Below are positions 60,201 to 64,000 of a stretch of DNA of 64,000 nt, piece after piece. Below the pieces are notes generated by a model. It did not search any database. It was not told the DNA's origin and saw only the letters and a program-made list of their open reading frames with translations. Origin of the DNA: Diadema antillarum (Eukaryota); assembly GCF_040938485.1 (NCBI RefSeq), contig NW_027271276.1, positions 496,001 to 560,000 of the forward strand, read 5' to 3'. How positions within the stretch are numbered: position 1 is the first letter of the stretch; each line of letters starts with the position of its first letter. Made by a program: the position numbers and the translations under genes.

Positions 60201-62870
60201 ATATACAATCATATGTGGATTGAGTGAATGCAGAAATAGTAGTAGAACACATTAGTGAAGTTTGAGGAAAATTGGACAATCCGTTCAGACGTGAAGTTTT
60301 AAAGTTTCAGTGCTGCCATCGCTGGATGAGAAGAATACAACAGTTTGTGATGTCACAGTAGGAGTAGCAGGACAGTGATATAATACACTTTTGTTTTACT
60401 CTATACAATTGTACATGGTGTTCATGTTGTATAAATACAGGCATTAATAATGCATAGATATGATATCTTACGAGCCAACTTGCTTCAAGTGAGTGCCGGC
60501 ACTTTACCATCTTTCTTACCTTTTCCCTCACCACCAACAGGGCATCTTTGTTTCCAAAATAGCTCCTGAAGGTCCAGCTGCCAGTGCAGGTCTACAAGTT
60601 GCCGATAAGATCCTTGAGGTGAGCTGGCCATCTTGCGTAATTCCAGTCATGAAATACTTCATCTTTAAAGGTGAAATCCAGTCCAAATATAAGTTGGTGC
60701 GATAAGAAAGAGTAAAATATTACGAGTTCAATGGTAAAATTTTGATCGAAATCAGTGAAAAATAAGGAAGTCATGACATTTTGAAGTTTTGCTAATTTTT
60801 TAGGAAACAGTTCTTGAACGGTCAATATGAATATGCATATGGCAAAGTGAGCATGTCATCCCCTCACAACTTGCCGTATAGTTTGTACATAAAATTTTGA
60901 AATTTCCAGTTTTTCATTTAAACGCAATTATGCCCGAGGCTCAAATCCTGATATATCTAGCTGATCACTATTCTGAAGTTATTCAACCAGGAATAACATC
61001 ATATGTCAGACTTCAATAACAGAAACATTGAATTTTTGTCATTTTTTTGTACACGATCAATGAAAAGTTGTAAGGTTATGACTTGGTCAGCTCACTCATT
61101 TGCATATTCATATCCACTGTACAAGAACTGTTTTGCAAAATTAGCAAAACTTCAAAATGTCATAACTTCCTAATTTTTCATCCAATTTCAGTTAAATTTT
61201 TACCATTGAACTCATAACATGTTATTCTTTTTTTATCAGACTAACTTATTTTTGGACTGGATTTCCCCTTTAAAAGCAGTGTCATGTGCCAATGATATGA
61301 AGTCTCCATAAATACTTCTCGACTGTAGATCAATTTTCAATAAACCCCCAGTCAAGTCACCCTTGACAAGGCACACCAAATTTAAGCAAGTTCTCATGAC
61401 ATTAAGTGGAGAGCATACAAAATTTTGTATATTGCTTTACCCACATTGATCTTGGTATGCGAAGCAATAAGGTAGCTGTGTAATGTCTCTCTGGCAAGCT
61501 ACTTCTACTGATTGTGCATCCAATGCTCAACTAAAAAAATTGTATGGCTGAGATTCAACATTGTAGTACTACTGTATACGCTATAATTTTCGCGTACATA
61601 AATTTTCGCGAATTGCCGCTGTCACACATTTTCGCGAGTGGTTAAATTCGCGATTGGTGGACCAGAGAAAATATGAAGTGGCAAAGAAAGTGTGAATTTT
61701 CAACTTACTAGCAAATAAGAATGATACTAGTTATACACTGCATGAAAAAAACTTACCAAACTCTGCGAACTAGTAAGTTAGAATTCAACATTTTTGAAGT
61801 GGTTAAGTCCATCGCGCTAGATTTCTGACGAGTGGTCCCCTCTCTACAGTATTCGTAAGTAGACGTGGACGTGCGTAAACAAGCTTAGCCAGTATGGTCT
61901 GTTCGGTAAGCCGTGACATGATATACTAGTACTGAAATGTTCGTATCATCAAGGCAAGGGATTCATTTTGGAAGGTAATATTTTCGCGTGTTGTTAATTT
62001 CGCGATAGCTCCCGACTCGCGAAATTCGCGAAAATAAAACCCCCGCGAAATATATAGCGTATACAGTATAATATTATTGTACTTTCTCTTTTTAGTGCTA
62101 TTCAGTGAGCATATAATAAGTAAATCTAATTAAAAATTTGAACTATATTTGAACTGCTAATCTCCTTTTTTTTTGTATATTTTTGTCTGAATTTGCAAAG
62201 GACCTATCCAATGATATGTTGTGAAGAGCTTTGAGCACCACGCTGTGTTAAAGATATTCGATGCAAAGTACAGCCATTATCATTTCATTTGAATATTTGT
62301 CTGAAGATGACAAATTTTGATTGTATGTGGTCAGCAGTGTAAGAGAGCAACTTCTTATTATGATAAATGATATCGGGAATTATAAATGTTCAGGACCTGA
62401 AATGAAGTGGGCTTTTTACCAAACTGATATTCTGCTTAACCTGAAACAGTGTGCGCTGTGTTTATCACTGGCACACTGCTCTGCCATACTAGCACCAGAG
62501 AGTGATGTTCGATTGTACTCGGCACAATGCTGGAAATGTAGATAAGTTTAAATCATTGCTTAAAACTTATCTGTTTACTCAATCTTAATTGCTGTTGTTG
62601 TTGTTGTTGTTATATGATGTACATAATGCTGTATTTTAGTTTGATATTTTTCCATATTAATGTGCTTGGAAACGTCAGTAGTAAGGGCTATGTTAGTGTT
62701 ATTTATTATGAGACGGTATAGCTACATGTGTATTCCCCCCTTCCATTTTGTAGGTCAATGGCTATGACCTCACCATGGCAACGCATCGTCATGCCGTCAA
62801 GATCCTGACCAAGGAGAAATACACGATGCTGAAGATGAAGGTGACTAGGCAAGGACTAATGACCAGCTAG
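57256..62870 (+). CDS. TAX1BP3: Single-PDZ protein, TAX1BP3/TIP-1-like, 4 exons, 111 aa
   Basis: Spliced: MTSMLDPATGVPF-IEVNVYKDGTRLGFSVAGGIDQDSAKNPFVKNDQ-GIFVSKIAPEGPAASAGLQVADKILE-VNGYDLTMATHRHAVKILTKEKYTMLKMKVTRQGLMTS. The GGIDQD...NPF insert and VNG.D.TM.TH are TIP-1 hallmarks; all introns are phase 0 GT-AG. Confidence 0.75.
57677..58142. mobile_element. GC-rich MITE with long TIRs built from CCTCATGAGG sub-repeats
   Basis: ATAT|CAGTCCGGGAAACCCGCTCATGAGG ... CCTCATGAGCGGGTTTCCCGGACTG|ATAT; arms of ~140-165 bp. Confidence 0.85.
58424..58525 (+). CDS. TAX1BP3: PDZ gene exon 2
   Basis: ctctcatttag acceptor, CAG|GTGAG donor, RLGFSVAGGIDQD. Confidence 0.9.
58663..58850. mobile_element. Degenerate pogo/Tigger-type MITE
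   Basis: TA|CAGTGGAAACTC...TATAAC start with repeated GTTATATC motifs; right end degraded. Confidence 0.5.
59726..59922. mobile_element. pogo/Tigger-type MITE (copy of 26276-26461)
   Basis: CAGTGGACTCCCGTTAT ... CGTTATAACGGGAGTTCACTG|TA. Confidence 0.85.
60541..60618 (+). CDS. TAX1BP3: PDZ gene exon 3
   Basis: GIFVSKIAPEGPAASAGLQVADKILE; GAG|GTGAG donor. Confidence 0.92.
60669..61269. mobile_element. TTAA-TSD Kolobok-type MITE
   Basis: TTAA|AGGTGAAATCCAGTCCAAA ... TTTGGACTGGATTTCCCCT|TTAA with ~150-bp imperfect arms. Confidence 0.85.
61572..62066. mobile_element. TA-flanked MITE (TTCGCGAA family, long variant)
   Basis: TA|CTGTATACGCTATAATTTTCGCG ... CGCGAAATATATAGCGTATACAG|TA. A degenerate relative lies at ~28470-28660. 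Confidence 0.85.
62754..62870 (+). CDS. TAX1BP3: PDZ gene exon 4 (terminal)
   Basis: ttccattttgtag acceptor; VNGYDLTMATHRHA...; TAG stop. Confidence 0.9.
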   Translation, partial: VNGYDLTMATHRHAVKILTKEKYTMLKMKVTRQGLMTS

Positions 62871-64000
62871 TAGCCCCATCCTACTCCCCCTCTTTTTATT
62901 CTCGCTCCCCGTCGAATGGTCGGACATACCTGTGGCGTTACTAAGCATAGCTTGCTATTATAGAGGAGATCATGAGAGTGTTTGTATAGTTCTGTTGGTG
63001 CCTATCAGTGCCACTAGTGTGCACATGTTTTAGAAGAATTTCTAGATGGCTGCCACTTCTTGATCATGTGCCAGCCTTTGGCTGATTTTGGAAAAAAAAA
63101 AAGATGAATTAATTCAGTGGCAGATGATAATCTGTGTAAAATAATGTTTGCAGATGAAGCACCAGTGTGCTTTAAGTGCTTCCATGTTGAGAGAATTTTC
63201 TCGTATGATCACTGGTAGTCGGGATATTCTTCCCTGTTTATGGCGATGTAAAATGGATCATTGAGCTGTCAATATTTTGCAGTGAAGCATTGACTTGTGG
63301 TAGGTAGATTTGTTGCACATTTCTATGCTGCTTGTTCTGAGTCAATTTATATCTTTTGCCAAGAATTGTGTGTAGCCTAGTGAGATCAGGGAATGAGCTG
63401 ATATAGGGGCTGTAGTCAAAAGGTATTTAAAGAGTGATTGCGACTCTTTAATAACAGTGCATTTCTAGTGATTGCGAGACACTTTAGTAACAGTGTATTT
63501 CTACAGATTACTGTACATAGAGCCAAAGAGATTTTCTGATGAAGTAAGGTCGACTGTGCATCGGCAATCATGTTGTGAGTTTTATGTACGTGTCACTCTT
63601 CATTTTGCTGTACTTGCTCCATCACAGCAAGTGACGCTTGCTTTTGCTGTTGTCTGCTGGCAAAATTGCCACTCACTTGTTAATTCTAAGGTTCCAAGTG
63701 TGCACTCATATTCACCACCATCATGCTTGTACACCAACATGCTATGGATTGTTGGAAAATTTGTCACACGCCGTGCTAATCCTGCAAAATTGTATGCAGA
63801 AAAATTTCACCATGGCGTTTAGCACATTTTTATTGAGATATTCAGTGTGCTGTGCTGTGGTACTATTGCCTCTTTCTTTTAACAGTAATGCAGGCTCAGT
63901 TTCAATAGTGATCAGTTGGTATATTCTTATTGGGTGAGAGTAGTTTTTTTTTGGTACTCTTTGTTCATAACATGTGAGGTGGAAAGAAAAAATGGTTTAG

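Noticed and set aside
62769-62782. X-box-like CTCACCATGGCAAC
   Set aside because: Explained by PDZ coding sequence (LTMAT); a similar isolated ATTGCCATGGCAAG at 23290 has no supporting context.

Overview
Eukaryotic (animal) genomic DNA: AT-rich, intron-rich and dense in MITEs. Composition and gene content suggest a marine invertebrate deuterostome such as an echinoderm (inference). Left to right: (1) the 5' part of an RFX1/2/3-type transcription factor gene on the minus strand (two coding exons at 863-2125, a long first intron, a CpG-rich promoter at ~13.1-15.7 kb); (2) a transposon-rich ~26 kb interval with two tandem, intronless plus-strand paralogues encoding B-box/coiled-coil/beta-propeller (TRIM/NHL-like, RING-less) proteins, the first with an intact B-box and the second with 20 codons deleted from it; (3) a complete 14-exon NDC1 (TMEM48) nucleoporin gene on the minus strand (42405-56697, 651 aa, reading frame closes across all GT-AG junctions); (4) head-to-head with NDC1, a complete 4-exon single-PDZ gene resembling TAX1BP3/TIP-1 (57256-62870, 111 aa). 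Also present: many non-autonomous TIR elements (TTAA-, TA- and 6-7 bp-TSD types, several nested or stacked), LINE 3' remnants, a Helentron-like (HINE) element, a tandem tRNA-like array with an inverted arm, a TIR element with a THAP remnant, a MITE carrying TTAGGG repeats, and a 173-N assembly gap. All gene calls come from manual translation and recalled family motifs; no database search was run.
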